Source: an uncultured Bdellovibrionales bacterium (lineage in GTDB: Bacteria > Patescibacteriota > Minisyncoccia > Moranbacterales > UBA1568). Taken from it: a stretch of 64,000 nt of DNA. The translations under genes were made by a program, and so were the position numbers. Where the stretch lies: the NCBI GenBank assembly GCA_964436855.1, contig CAYTED010000004.1, positions 3,627-67,626 of the forward strand, given 5' to 3'. A model generated the notes under the pieces. It searched no databases. It saw only the letters and a list, made by a program, of their open reading frames with translations, and was not told the origin of the DNA. Below are positions 31,052 through 43,490 of the stretch, in pieces (the first letter of the stretch is position 1; each line of letters begins with the position of its first letter).

Positions 31052-31603
31052 TTACGCGTCATTTTTTATCGGAACTCCGAGAAGACGAAAGAGTGTTTCT
31101 CCTTCCTGTTTGTTTTGGGCGGTACTGACAATCGTCACCTGCAAACCGAAAATCGACTGTACCCGCTCCGGAATCACCTCGGGAAAAATCAACTGCTCGC
31201 GAATACCAATATTGCAGTTCCCGGAAGTATCCACGATACTTTCCGGATACCCCTGAAAATCTCTCGTTCGAGGAAGCGCAGCATTGAGCAGTCGATCCAA
31301 GAATTGCCACATTCTCCGTCCGCGAAGCGTCACCTTGGCGCCAATTTCAAGCCCTTCGCGAGTCTTAAATCCGGCAATCGCCTTCTTCGCCTTGGTTTGC
31401 ACCGGCCTTTGTCCGGTGATCGCCGTCAGCGTTTCCAGAATCTCTTCGACTTTCTTCGTATCTTTGAGGGATTTTCCGGTACCGACATTGACGATAACCT
31501 TGAGAACTCGCGGGAGCGCCATCGGATTTTTCATACCAAACACCTTCGCCATTTCGGGCGCCGCCACTTCCGCGTATTTCTTTTTGGTGAGTTCTTGCTT
31601 CAT
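31052..31603 (-). CDS. rplE: 50S ribosomal protein L5
   Basis: ITGQRP, KVTLRG, IFPE. Confidence 0.97.
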   Translation of the reverse strand: MKQELTKKKYAEVAAPEMAKVFGMKNPMALPRVLKVIVNVGTGKSLKDTKKVEEILETLTAITGQRPVQTKAKKAIAGFKTREGLEIGAKVTLRGRRMWQFLDRLLNAALPRTRDFQGYPESIVDTSGNCNIGIREQLIFPEVIPERVQSIFGLQVTIVSTAQNKQEGETLFRLLGVPIKNDA

Positions 31604-31627
31604 AACTTGAAAATATCTTCAATACGA

Positions 31628-31933
31628 TCAAATAGTTTTTCCGGAACGTTTCGAAAAACGAACTTTTTCGCCACCCTCGATCCGATACCCGATGCGCGTC
31701 GGTTTTCCGGTATGCGGACACACGAGCATCACGTTTGAAATATGGATGGGAGCCTCTTTTTCGATACGCTCACCTTTTTCACCTTCTTTGCGCGGTTTCC
31801 GATGACGCATCACCATATTCGCACCCTTCACAAGAACACGATTGGCCGACGGAAAAACCTGAAGAATTTCTCCTCGTTTTCCGGAATCCTTTCCGGTTCT
31901 CACTTCAACTTGATCGCCTTTTCTTAATTTCAT
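31628..31933 (-). CDS. rplX: 50S ribosomal protein L24
   Basis: [21 protein letters not shown]. Confidence 0.96.
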   Translation of the reverse strand: MKLRKGDQVEVRTGKDSGKRGEILQVFPSANRVLVKGANMVMRHRKPRKEGEKGERIEKEAPIHISNVMLVCPHTGKPTRIGYRIEGGEKVRFSKRSGKTI

Positions 31934-31957
31934 AAATCTCTCAACACTCATTGTTCT

Positions 31958-32323
31958 TTATAACACTTCCGGGGCGAGCGAAACGATTTTCGTAAACCCC
32001 TTTTCACGAAGCTCTCGCGCCACCGGTCCAAAAATACGCGTCCCTTTCGGCTCCGTACCATCGAGAATCACCGCCGCATTTTCATCAAATCGAATATAGG
32101 AATTGTCTTTTCGTCGATATTCATTCTTCTGTCGAATCACAACCGCCTTTACCTTATCGCCCTTTTTCACGGTTCCTCGAGGCTCGGCGATCTTCACCGA
32201 GGCAACGATAATATCGCCAAGTTCCGCATACCGACGACGCGTTCCGCCAAGCACCTTGAAGCATTCGATCACTCTCGCGCCGGTATTGTCCGCAACTTTT
32301 AATCGTGTCTCTGGTTGAATCAT
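31958..32323 (-). CDS. rplN: 50S ribosomal protein L14
   Basis: [19 protein letters not shown]. Confidence 0.98.
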   Translation of the reverse strand: MIQPETRLKVADNTGARVIECFKVLGGTRRRYAELGDIIVASVKIAEPRGTVKKGDKVKAVVIRQKNEYRRKDNSYIRFDENAAVILDGTEPKGTRIFGPVARELREKGFTKIVSLAPEVL

Positions 32324-32344
32324 ACAGTTCTCTCAAAATAAAAC

Positions 32345-32626
32345 TCAATTTGCTTTCTTCTCAATGTCGACGAGTCGATGTTTCTTCTCGCGACTCATCG
32401 GTCGACACGAAACAAACGTAACCGTATCGCCCTTTTTCGCGACACCCTCTTCGTCATGCACTTTGTACTTCTTGGTTGAGAGGTACTTCTTGCCGTACTT
32501 CGAGTGCGTCTTGAACGTATCGACAGCGACCACGATTGTCTTATTCATTGCATCGCTTACAACCGTTCCTTTCCAAATCGGCGACGTTCCCTTCTTTTCT
32601 TCTGATGGTGTATTCTTGTCAGTCAT
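32345..32626 (-). CDS. rpsQ: 30S ribosomal protein S17
   Basis: GTVVSDAMNKT, RPMSREK. Confidence 0.96.
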   Translation of the reverse strand: MTDKNTPSEEKKGTSPIWKGTVVSDAMNKTIVVAVDTFKTHSKYGKKYLSTKKYKVHDEEGVAKKGDTVTFVSCRPMSREKKHRLVDIEKKAN

Positions 32627-32641
32627 AACTCAAAAATAAAT

Positions 32642-32860
32642 TTATGCGATCTCTTTCTGTTCCTCGACGGTACGTTCGGAGAGAATCGTCAAAATCCGCG
32701 CGCGATCAGTCCGCGCCTTTCGATACAATTGGTGATTCTTTTCCTCGCGGGATCCGATCCGAAACCGAAGGTCGCGCAGCTTCTCATTCAAGAGCTCGAT
32801 GTCCTTTTCCAATTCCCCGGTTGATTTTTCCCGCCATTCTTTCGTCTTCATACCGTTCAT
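32642..32860 (-). CDS. rpmC: 50S ribosomal protein L29
   Basis: LRF..RARILTILSER; operon position. Confidence 0.92.
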   Translation of the reverse strand: MNGMKTKEWREKSTGELEKDIELLNEKLRDLRFRIGSREEKNHQLYRKARTDRARILTILSERTVEEQKEIA

Positions 32861-32866
32861 ATTTTC

Positions 32867-33280
32867 TTAATGTCGTTCCACAAATTTCGTTTTCACGGAA
32901 AGCTTGTGTCCCGCAAGCCGCATCGCTTCCATTGCTTGACTTCTTGTAACGCCATCGAGTTCGAACAACACTCGCCCGGCAGCTATCTTTGCCACAAAAT
33001 GATCCACACTTCCCTTTCCCTTCCCCATCGGCGTCTGCTCACCTTTTTTTGTTACCGGCGTATCCGGGAAAATACGAATCCATACTTTTCCGCCGCGCTG
33101 GATATACCGAGTCATCGCGCGACGAGCCGATTCAATCTCTCGAGCGCGGATAATACCCGTTTCAAGCGCCTTCAAACCGAAGCTTCCGAAGGAAACTTCC
33201 GCTCCGCGCGTCGCCGGCCCTTTCGGCATTCCGCCGCGCTGGTGCTTTCGATGCTTGACTTTTCGTGGCATGAGTAGCAT
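32867..33280 (-). CDS. rplP: 50S ribosomal protein L16
   Basis: [26 protein letters not shown]. Confidence 0.97.
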   Translation of the reverse strand: MLLMPRKVKHRKHQRGGMPKGPATRGAEVSFGSFGLKALETGIIRAREIESARRAMTRYIQRGGKVWIRIFPDTPVTKKGEQTPMGKGKGSVDHFVAKIAAGRVLFELDGVTRSQAMEAMRLAGHKLSVKTKFVERH

Positions 33281-33305
33281 AACCGTTTCGTCTCAAAAAT
33301 CCTTT

Positions 33306-33953
33306 TTATGAAATAATCTTTTCTCCCTTATACACCCACGCTTTCACTCCGATCACTCCGTAAGTCGTATAGGCATTGTATCGGGCAAAGTCGATATCCG
33401 CGCGCAGGGTGTGCAATGGAATTTTTCCTTGCGAGAGCCACTCCCGACGAGACATTTCCGCACCGCCAAGGCGTCCGGAAATTTCAATCTTGACCCCTTC
33501 CACTTTTGTATTCGACCGAACCTGCTCAATAGTCGATTTCAACGCTCGGCGAAACGGTATACGCTTCTCAAGTTGTTCCGCCACCTGTTGCGCTACAAGC
33601 ATGGCGCTCTCTTCGAATCGTTTTACCTCTTCCACGTCCACTTTAAAATCAACTTTCTTTCCGGCAAAAAATCGGCGCTTCACAACACGAGAGAGATCTT
33701 CGATTCCCGTCCCGCCGCGACCAATCAGAACTCCCGGACGCGAGGTATGGATAACGAGACGAACTTTTCCGGAAGAACGGTCGATGGTTACATCGGCAAT
33801 TCCCGCCGCTTTCCAGCGCTTGAAGACAAATTCGCGGAGGAGTACATCTTCCCGAAGGTTCTTTTTGAATTCTTTCTTCGCGCCAAACCAGCGTGACTTC
33901 CATTCTGTCACGATGCCGATTCGCAGTCCGGTTGGATTTGTCTTATGTCCCAT
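33306..33953 (-). CDS. rpsC: 30S ribosomal protein S3
   Basis: MGHKTNPTGLRIG, PLHTLRADID. Confidence 0.97.
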   Translation of the reverse strand: MGHKTNPTGLRIGIVTEWKSRWFGAKKEFKKNLREDVLLREFVFKRWKAAGIADVTIDRSSGKVRLVIHTSRPGVLIGRGGTGIEDLSRVVKRRFFAGKKVDFKVDVEEVKRFEESAMLVAQQVAEQLEKRIPFRRALKSTIEQVRSNTKVEGVKIEISGRLGGAEMSRREWLSQGKIPLHTLRADIDFARYNAYTTYGVIGVKAWVYKGEKIIS

Positions 33954-33988
33954 ACGATTTTATTCGACTTCTCTTCTCATTCGTTAAT

Positions 33989-34348
33989 TTATTTCGACTC
34001 TTCCGCGTGCGCCGGAACTCGTTCCGAGAGAACAATCCGAACTTTTGACATCCGCTTGTAAATCGGTGTCGCCCGTCCGAACGCTTTCGGCATCCATCGC
34101 TTCAATCGAGTCCCCTCACCAACAATCGCTTCCGAAACGATCAGATTGTTCCGATCGAGCTTGAAGTTATTTTCCGCATTCGCGATAGCACTCGAAAGGA
34201 GTGTTTTCATCGGATTCGAAGACCGCTTCACTTGTTTCGAAAGTTCCACAAGCGCGGCCGCAACCGGCATACCGACAATCGATCGGGCAACCAGCCTGAC
34301 CTTCCGGGGAGCGATTCGCACATTGTTGAGTGATGCAATAACTTTCAT
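33989..34348 (-). CDS. rplV: 50S ribosomal protein L22
   Basis: APRKVRLVA, SAIANAENN. Confidence 0.96.
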   Translation of the reverse strand: MKVIASLNNVRIAPRKVRLVARSIVGMPVAAALVELSKQVKRSSNPMKTLLSSAIANAENNFKLDRNNLIVSEAIVGEGTRLKRWMPKAFGRATPIYKRMSKVRIVLSERVPAHAEESK

Positions 34349-34378
34349 AATTCTCAAATCAAAACGATATTTCTTTCA

Positions 34379-34717
34379 TTATTTCTTTTCCGTAGACGCC
34401 TTGGCGGCCTTTGCGACATCGAGTTCTTTCTGTTTCGCCGCAAGCTCAATCTCTTTCTGCATTTTTCCACCATGACGACTAAATTTGCGTGTCGGAGAAA
34501 ACTCACCCAATTTGTGTCCCACCATTTCTTCGGTCACAAACACCGAAACAAAGTCTCTTCCGTTATGAACACCAAAGGTAAATCCTACCATCTCCGGTGA
34601 GATCGTGCAAGAGCGAGACCATGTCTTGATAACCGATTTATCTCCAATCTTTCGACCTTCGAGTTTTTTGAGAACCCGAGGATCAATGTATGGGCCTTTT
34701 TTGAGACTGCGTGCCAT
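34379..34717 (-). CDS. rpsS: 30S ribosomal protein S19
   Basis: [21 protein letters not shown]. Confidence 0.97.
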   Translation of the reverse strand: MARSLKKGPYIDPRVLKKLEGRKIGDKSVIKTWSRSCTISPEMVGFTFGVHNGRDFVSVFVTEEMVGHKLGEFSPTRKFSRHGGKMQKEIELAAKQKELDVAKAAKASTEKK

Positions 34718-34739
34718 ATGACTCTCTTACGTAATTCGA

Positions 34740-35567
34740 TTATTTCTTCATTCTTCGACGGACGATATATTTGTTGCTCGCATTTTGTTTCTTTCGGGTC
34801 TTCTTTCCGAGCGCCGGCTTTCCCCACGGCGTCTTCGGGTGCATACCGATCGGCTGTCGCCCTTCACCGCCACCATGCGGATGATCCACCGGGTTCATTG
34901 CCGAACCGCGAACAGTCGGACGAATACCGAGCCACCGACTCCGACCGGCTTTTCCGATTCGCTCCGCGGAATGCTCGAAATTACTCATTTGTCCGATCGT
35001 TGCAAAACACTCTACGCTGATCAATCGAATTTCTCCGGACGGCATCTTCAGTTGAGCGTACTGTCCCTCGGTCGCCATCACGGTCGCTCCCGATCCCGCG
35101 CTCCGAACAATTTGTCCGCCTTTTCCGATTTTCATTTCAATATTCGATACCACCGTTCCTACCGGAATATTTTTCAAAATCAATCGGTTTCCAATTTCAA
35201 TCGGAGTCTCCTTTCCGGAAAGAATGGTTTGTCCAACCTTCATCCCTTCGACGGCAAGCACATATCGTTTTTCCCCGTCCACATACTGAACGAGCGCGAT
35301 CAGCGCCGAACGATTCGGATCCTTCTCAAGAGAAACGATTTTTCCCGGAATGCCGAATTTGTCCATTTTAAAATCAACCAAACGATACATCCGCTTGTGT
35401 CCTCCACCTTTGTGACGAACCGAGATTTTCCCATGCGACCGTCCGCTTTTTTTCGGAAGCGGCGCAAGGAGCGACTTCTCCGGCTTTTGATCGGTGAGAA
35501 GGTTCGGCTTTACGATGGAAATATTCCGTCGAGCGGCCGTATTTCGTTTGTAGACTTTAATTGCCAT
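34740..35567 (-). CDS. rplB: 50S ribosomal protein L2
   Basis: [17 protein letters not shown]. Confidence 0.98.
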   Translation of the reverse strand: MAIKVYKRNTAARRNISIVKPNLLTDQKPEKSLLAPLPKKSGRSHGKISVRHKGGGHKRMYRLVDFKMDKFGIPGKIVSLEKDPNRSALIALVQYVDGEKRYVLAVEGMKVGQTILSGKETPIEIGNRLILKNIPVGTVVSNIEMKIGKGGQIVRSAGSGATVMATEGQYAQLKMPSGEIRLISVECFATIGQMSNFEHSAERIGKAGRSRWLGIRPTVRGSAMNPVDHPHGGGEGRQPIGMHPKTPWGKPALGKKTRKKQNASNKYIVRRRMKK

Positions 35568-35592
35568 ATGCGTATAAATCGTGTTCGATCCT

Positions 35593-35949
35593 TTATTCCG
35601 TTACGCCCCCCTGAAACATCGGGATAACATCTCCCTCCGCAAGGGTCACAACCGCCTTCTTGACTCTCCCTTTTTTCCCAATGATTTTTCCAAACACGCG
35701 TCGCTTCGGCGGAATGGAACTCGTATTCACCGCCTCCACTCGAACACCGTATGCTTCTTCGATCGCTCGCTTCACTTCGTTTTTCTTTGCCGAAAGCACG
35801 ACGCGAAACACATATTGTTGCTTTTCGGAAAGAAGGTACGATTTCTCGGTAATTCTCGGGGAAACAAGGACTCGATTCGCCAGCGCAACACCAAACGGCG
35901 TTTTTTCACGCTTCGTTTTCTCGCTTGATTTTTTCTCAAACAATGCCAT
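35593..35949 (-). CDS. rplW: 50S ribosomal protein L23
   Basis: PRITEKS, KKAVVTL. Confidence 0.95.
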   Translation of the reverse strand: MALFEKKSSEKTKREKTPFGVALANRVLVSPRITEKSYLLSEKQQYVFRVVLSAKKNEVKRAIEEAYGVRVEAVNTSSIPPKRRVFGKIIGKKGRVKKAVVTLAEGDVIPMFQGGVTE

Positions 35950-35961
35950 AGGTATTTGGTA

Positions 35962-36603
35962 TTACTTCGCCCATTCGGCAAACCGGGTTTCCATTTCTTG
36001 AACCGCTTCTTTTGAAACAATAAAATACTGTGCGTCAAGAATATCCTTCACATTCACATTCGCGACAAGCGTATGATTCGATCGATCGAGATTTCGGGCA
36101 GCTCTTCGATTCTCATTCTCCGTTCCGGCAAATGCGAAAAGTGTGGATTTTCCCGCGCATCCAAACGCCGAGAGCGCCTTCGCAAAAAATTTCGTTTTCC
36201 TCTCCGGGAGCTGAAGCGAATCAACGAGAATAAACTTTCCCTCGCGAATCTTATCCGACAGCGCGATAAGCGTCGCCTTCTGTCGCATTTTACGATTCGC
36301 CTTCGTTGAAAAATTCCGGTCATTCCGCGGACCAAAAACAACACCACCTTTTTTCCAAACCGGCGTTCGGCGAGACCCGACACGGGCACGGCCCGTCCCT
36401 TTTTGTCGCCACGGCTTCATACCGGAACCGGCGCGATCTCCGCGAGTCTTCGTATGCGCGATCGGCTCGCGAAGATTTCCCGAGAGCGTCACGTAGATCT
36501 GATGTACCAGAGCGTTATTTTTTTCCAAACCAAAGAGCGCGTCCGAGAGTTCGATCTCTCCTACGCTTGATCCTTCCAAATTTTTGACGGCTACTTTTGG
36601 CAT
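35962..36603 (-). CDS. rplD: 50S ribosomal protein L4
   Basis: KPWRQKGTGRAR, GGVVFGP. Confidence 0.97.
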   Translation of the reverse strand: MPKVAVKNLEGSSVGEIELSDALFGLEKNNALVHQIYVTLSGNLREPIAHTKTRGDRAGSGMKPWRQKGTGRARVGSRRTPVWKKGGVVFGPRNDRNFSTKANRKMRQKATLIALSDKIREGKFILVDSLQLPERKTKFFAKALSAFGCAGKSTLFAFAGTENENRRAARNLDRSNHTLVANVNVKDILDAQYFIVSKEAVQEMETRFAEWAK

Positions 36604-36614
36604 ATCCTTATTCT

Positions 36615-37187
36615 TTATCGGACAGTTTTCACACAAACCATTCTTCCATTCGATCCGGGAACCGCTCCGCGAACCGCGAGAATTTTTTTCTCGGCATCCA
36701 CATATTCGATCGAAAGATTTTGCACCGTAAAATTCTCACCGCCCATACGACCCGCCATACGCATACCTTTGAAAACACGCTGCGGATCCGTTGCGCCGAT
36801 CGATCCCGCCTTGCGGATATCGTGTTTTCGGCCATGGCTTGTCGTCTGCCCTTTAAATCCATGTCGCTTGACCACACCCTGAAATCCTTTGGATTTGGTC
36901 ACTCCGATCACATCCACGCGATCGCCAACAGAAAAAACATCTACCGCGACACTCGCGCCGGGCGCAAACGAAGCAATCTCTTCGGTCGTCATTCGGAATT
37001 CCTTACGCATTTTCTTCTTTTCGGTCTTTGCGGTTTCAAGCTGCACGGCGGAATATCCATCCCGATCAGCCGTACGAAGCAAAGAAACGACATTATCGCC
37101 ACAGTCAATAAGCGTCACATTACGCGCCCCTTTCTCCGCATCATGAAGCGTTGTCATTCCTAATTTTTTTCCGATAATACACTTCAT
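36615..37187 (-). CDS. rplC: 50S ribosomal protein L3
   Basis: GKKLGMT, KGFQGVVKRHGF, GAVPG. Confidence 0.97.
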   Translation of the reverse strand: MKCIIGKKLGMTTLHDAEKGARNVTLIDCGDNVVSLLRTADRDGYSAVQLETAKTEKKKMRKEFRMTTEEIASFAPGASVAVDVFSVGDRVDVIGVTKSKGFQGVVKRHGFKGQTTSHGRKHDIRKAGSIGATDPQRVFKGMRMAGRMGGENFTVQNLSIEYVDAEKKILAVRGAVPGSNGRMVCVKTVR

Positions 37188-37326
37188 ACACTCTTTCAAA
37201 AATTCACAAAAAAAGACCGGTGAGCCAGTCTCAAGAAAACATGTTTCTCTCTGGCTCGTTCAGTATCCCTGCCGAAACACCTCATAAATCTGAAGCGGCC
37301 GAGACTTTAACGAGAGATATGTGTTT

Positions 37327-37484
37327 AAAAGTCTTTTTTTGAGTACAGTTCGAGGCGCAATCGAGGAGCGGAGTAATCCGCCAACCGGCGGAGTACTTAA
37401 AAAGGTACAGCGTTGAGCACCGGAGATTGCAACCTGCCCGAATCGCTACGGGCGGGCGAAGAAATGTGCCAAAAAAAGACTTTT
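37327..37484. repeat. MITE-like palindrome with two nested mini-elements
   Basis: TIR AAAAGTCTTTTTTTG/CAAAAAAAGACTTTT; internal motifs shared with 46356-46482. Confidence 0.7.
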
Positions 37485-37487
37485 AAT

Positions 37488-37817
37488 CTACATTTTGATT
37501 TCAATATCGACACCTGCGGGAAGATCCAAACTCGTCAACTGATCAATCGTTTTTGGATTCGGATTGAGAATATCCACCAATCGCTTGTGGATACGCATTT
37601 CGTACTGATCGCGCGAGTTCTTATGAACAAATGTCGATCGGTTCACCGTAACGCGATGCACTTCGGTAGGAAGCGGCACCGGACCCGTAATTTCGGCACC
37701 CGTACGCTCTGCGGTTTCAACAATCTTTCGCGCGGTCTGATCAATGACCTTGTGATCGTAGGCCTTGATCTTAATCCGAACGCGCGTTCCCTCATTGTGA
37801 TCAGTCTTCTTTGCCAT
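37488..37817 (-). CDS. rpsJ: 30S ribosomal protein S10
   Basis: [27 protein letters not shown]. Confidence 0.97.
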   Translation of the reverse strand: MAKKTDHNEGTRVRIKIKAYDHKVIDQTARKIVETAERTGAEITGPVPLPTEVHRVTVNRSTFVHKNSRDQYEMRIHKRLVDILNPNPKTIDQLTSLDLPAGVDIEIKM

Positions 37818-37933
37818 TGCTTTCAAAATACGAGTTGTCGATAAAATACTTGACCTGCCGAATATTTCGGAGGACATTCGTCCCGATAAATCCTCTTTCG
37901 AAAAATTATCAGGACTCGGTTCCCCGAAGAAAA

Positions 37934-39124
37934 TTATTTGATGATCTTCGTAACGACACCGGCACCAACGGTTCGGCCACCTTCGCGGATCGCGAAACGC
38001 ATACCGTCTTCCATCGCAACCGGAGCAAGGAGTTTCACCACAAGCTTCACGGTATCACCCGGCATAACCATTTCCGATCCTTCCGGAAGGGTTACTTCGC
38101 CGGTTACATCCGTGGTACGGATATAGAACTGCGGTTTGTATCCCTTGAAGAACGGCGTATGTCGTCCACCTTCTTCTTTCGTGAGTACATACACTTCACT
38201 TTCGAACTCGGTGTGCGGCGTAATCGATCCGGGCTTCGCAAGCACCTGACCACGCTCCACATCTTCTTTCTTGATACCACGAATGAGGAGGCCTGCGTTG
38301 TCGCCGGCTTCACCGCGATCAAGTGATTTATTGAACATTTCGATACCGGTTACCACTGTCTTCGATGTATCCCGGATACCCACGATTTCCACTTCTTCGT
38401 TGATATTCACGACACCACGTTCGATACGACCCGTTACCACGGTTCCACGACCTTCGATCGAAAAAATATCTTCGATTGGCATCAGAAACGGCTTATCCGT
38501 CTCACGAACCGGTTCAGGAATTTTTTCATCGAGCGCCGCCATAAGATCAAGGATCGGCTTTGCATCAGCTTCATCGGCCGATTTCGATTCAAGCGCTTTG
38601 AGCGCCGAACCACGAATAATCGCCGTATTGTCGCCATCAAATTCGTATTTCGAAAGGAGTTCGCGGATTTCCGCCTCGACGAGGTCGACGAGTTCCGCAT
38701 CATCCACCATATCCACCTTGTTCAGGAAAACGACGATATTCGGCACACCAACCTGACGAGCAAGAAGGATATGCTCCCGAGTCTGCGGCATTGGACCATC
38801 TGTTGCCGAAACCACAAGAATCGCACCATCCATCTGCGCCGCACCGGTAATCATGTTTTTGATATAGTCGGCGTGTCCCGGACAGTCAACATGCGCATAG
38901 TGACGCTTTTCCGATTCGTACTCACAATGCGACGTGGAAATAGTGATACCACGGGCTTTTTCTTCCGGCGCCTTATCGATTTCATCCACACCTTTCTCTT
39001 TCGCCAATCCCTTCAGGGAAAGCACGTGAAGAATCGACGCGGTAAGCGTCGTCTTTCCGTGGTCCACGTGTCCGATCGTTCCGACGTTCACGTGCGGTTT
39101 GGTTCGTTGAAACTGTTCCGCCAT
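37934..39124 (-). CDS. tuf: elongation factor Tu
   Basis: [18 protein letters not shown]. Confidence 0.98.
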   Translation of the reverse strand: MAEQFQRTKPHVNVGTIGHVDHGKTTLTASILHVLSLKGLAKEKGVDEIDKAPEEKARGITISTSHCEYESEKRHYAHVDCPGHADYIKNMITGAAQMDGAILVVSATDGPMPQTREHILLARQVGVPNIVVFLNKVDMVDDAELVDLVEAEIRELLSKYEFDGDNTAIIRGSALKALESKSADEADAKPILDLMAALDEKIPEPVRETDKPFLMPIEDIFSIEGRGTVVTGRIERGVVNINEEVEIVGIRDTSKTVVTGIEMFNKSLDRGEAGDNAGLLIRGIKKEDVERGQVLAKPGSITPHTEFESEVYVLTKEEGGRHTPFFKGYKPQFYIRTTDVTGEVTLPEGSEMVMPGDTVKLVVKLLAPVAMEDGMRFAIREGGRTVGAGVVTKIIK

Positions 39125-39275
39125 ACGTTTTCGCAGTCCGTGCATCCCGTTCTTTTTCCGGGAACGCGCGCTCCTGCTCAAAATAATTACCAATTAAAAA
39201 AAGAATGCATCACTCCCCGGGACCGCAATTTCCGAAAAATATCGAAAAAAAGCCTCGAGGACGAACATCAAAGCC

Positions 39276-39304
39276 ATCTTACACAAAGAGAAAAAAACTG
39301 TCAA
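39276..39304 (-). promoter_or_regulatory. sigma70 promoter for tuf
   Basis: TTGACA-N17-TAAGAT. Confidence 0.6.
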
Positions 39305-39417
39305 GAGGACGTTATTTTTTAAAAAAATAAAGGGTGGGACCACTGAACAGCCTCACCCGAAAAACACTCCCTTGCGTGATCCGTTTAGGTGTTTTTTTCT
39401 CCTCCCCGCAAACGATA

Positions 39418-39790
39418 TCACCTAGCAGCACGCTTCACCCAGCACTCTTTCAATTTCAAAGAGTGCCGGAAGGAAATCCTCTGGCCAGCAATGGCCCCAA
39501 TGCCCATCCCGATCAGCATAGCAGCCCTGATATTCAGGAGTGAAGCAAAAAGCATTGAGGCAAGCACTCCCCCGATAGCTGCCCAGAAGCCAAGAATGAC
39601 ACAGAATAGATATGGGGGACGCGTTCGGTTGAAGAAATGCGTATTCATCAGCCGATGCACACTCCGTATCAAACCTCGATCCGTAGAAAAGCAGCAGCTG
39701 TGTTGCAGCTTGCGAAACGAACATCCCGACCACAAGCGCAATGCTGTAGTAGCCGAGCAAATAAAAAGCGATATCAAAAACACTCATCAT
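39418..39790 (-). pseudogene. probable frameshifted membrane-protein gene between fusA and tuf
   Basis: GGAGG SD precedes a frame with one N-terminal TM; the C-terminal TM helices lie in the overlapping frame. Confidence 0.45.
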
Positions 39791-39911
39791 ATCCCCCTCC
39801 ATCCAAAAGCGACAAGTTTTCAAACAGCAAGAAATCGTCATATTCCAATCTCTGAAAAAAAGCAAAAAAACCGGCTGTCGCCGGTTTTTGCACTGATATA
39901 TTTCAGGAGTT

Positions 39912-42011
<2,100 letters not shown>

Positions 42012-42050
42012 ATAAAAAAAGATTTAAGATTTGGATTTTTTCAATAAAAA

Positions 42051-42180
42051 AAATTTTCAATTATCAATTCTCAATTTCCATTGAATTTTCAATGCCACAA
42101 TCCTCAATGATCTGAATGGATAAACATTGAGACATTGAATATCGATCAGATTGAAAATTGAAAAATGTAAATTGAAAATT
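42051..42180. repeat. heptamer-periodic AT-rich palindrome
   Basis: TTTTCAA/TTATCAA/TTCTCAA arms pairing with TTGAAAA repeats. Confidence 0.75.
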
Positions 42181-42189
42181 GCTGTCGCT

Positions 42190-42657
42190 TTATGCAAAGT
42201 GCGCAAACGCCTTGTTTGCCTCCGCCATACGATGCACTTCTTCACGTTTTTTCATCGCGGCACCCGATCGATTGGAAGCATCGATCAGTTCGGTTGCAAG
42301 TTTTTCCGCCATCGAACGCCCCTTCGCTTTCCGGCACACATCGCGAATCCAACGAATCGCAAGTGTCTGACGGCGATCCCCCGAGACCGGAACCGGAACC
42401 TGATAGTTTGCTCCACCCACACGACGCGACTTCAATTCAAGAAGCGGCGAAACGTTTTTGATCGCTTGCTCAAAGGTGTTCAGTCCGCCTTTTTTCGTTC
42501 GCTCGTGAATAATATCAAAGGCATCATACACAATCTTCTCGGCAACGCTCCGTTTGCCGTTCCACATAATCATTCCCACGAAATGTCCAATAAGCGGATT
42601 GCCGAATTTCATATCCGGCTTCCATTCGCGATTGTATTGTCGTTTCCGTCGAGGCAT
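42190..42657 (-). CDS. rpsG: 30S ribosomal protein S7
   Basis: RRVGGANYQVP, MAEANKAFAHF. Confidence 0.98.
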   Translation of the reverse strand: MPRRKRQYNREWKPDMKFGNPLIGHFVGMIMWNGKRSVAEKIVYDAFDIIHERTKKGGLNTFEQAIKNVSPLLELKSRRVGGANYQVPVPVSGDRRQTLAIRWIRDVCRKAKGRSMAEKLATELIDASNRSGAAMKKREEVHRMAEANKAFAHFA

Positions 42658-42773
42658 ACTTTCTTAAAATTTCCAATTATCAATTTCCGATTTCCAAACA
42701 ATTTTCAATATTTCAAAAAATCTTTTCTTCTTTCACTCTTCATTCCCGATTCACCATTCTTGATTCTGCCTTG

Positions 42774-43193
42774 CTAGTCCTTCTTCTTCTCCTTCTTCAC
42801 GCCATACTTCGACCGACTCCGCTTGCGCTTCGCAACGCCGGCCGCATCAAATGTCCCTCGAACCACATGATACCGCACACCCGGAAGATCCTTCACTCGT
42901 CCGCCGCGAATCATTACGATCGAGTGTTCCTGAAGATTATGCCCTTCATCCGGAATATACGCCGTTACTTCCATACCGTTCGTCAATCGGACACGACAAA
43001 TCTTCCGAAGCGCCGAGTTCGGCTTCTTCGGAGTGGTGGTGGTTACTTTCAGGCAGACTCCGCGCTTAAACGGGCTGTCGGCAATCTTAAGACGGTTCTT
43101 TACACCGTTCCAAGCAACCCCCATTGCCGGAGACTTTGACTTTCTCTTCACTGATTTTCGCCCGCGTTTTACGAGCTGATTGATCGTTGCCAC
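42774..43193 (-). CDS. rpsL: 30S ribosomal protein S12
   Basis: [20 protein letters not shown]; GTG start. Confidence 0.98.
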   Translation of the reverse strand: MATINQLVKRGRKSVKRKSKSPAMGVAWNGVKNRLKIADSPFKRGVCLKVTTTTPKKPNSALRKICRVRLTNGMEVTAYIPDEGHNLQEHSIVMIRGGRVKDLPGVRYHVVRGTFDAAGVAKRKRSRSKYGVKKEKKKD

Positions 43194-43241
43194 AGTATTT
43201 TTTGGATTACACCTTTAGTACAAACAAAAAAAGAGTGCTTA

Positions 43242-43400
43242 GAACCTGTTCGAAACCTCTCTTTCGTTACGAAAATTTTCATTTTCGAGCGAAAAATTTG
43301 GAGAACGAGGAAGGCTATAAGGAATATAACCTGACGAGTTATCCGAATTTTACAGCCGAAAATGAAATTTTGCAGTAAAAAACGGGTTTTGAACAGGTTC
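43242..43400 (+). mobile_element. ~160-bp MITE-like element, copy 1
   Basis: TIR GAACCTGTTCGAAACC/GGTTTTGAACAGGTTC; colinear with 50429-50586 and 55771-55932. Confidence 0.8.
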
Positions 43401-43415
43401 ACAACTCGTAGTCCC

Positions 43416-43443
43416 ATTATAGGGAAGAAAAGGGAACTGTCAA
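43416..43443 (-). promoter_or_regulatory. sigma70 promoter of the str operon
   Basis: TTGACA-N16-TATAAT. Confidence 0.7.
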
Positions 43444-43490
43444 CCCCGCCCGAAAAGTTTCGCGCAGCGATGCGAATGACCCCGCGCCCT

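Noticed and set aside
42051-42180. CRISPR array among the periodic repeats
   Set aside because: Units are 7-9 nt, degenerate, without unique spacers; no cas genes in the window.
43300-43345. Hammerhead ribozyme in the 160-bp elements (CTGACGAG and CGAAA present)
   Set aside because: No UH cleavage site or stem III in the required position, and the 50429 copy has CCGACGAG; the motifs fit internal loops of a rod instead.
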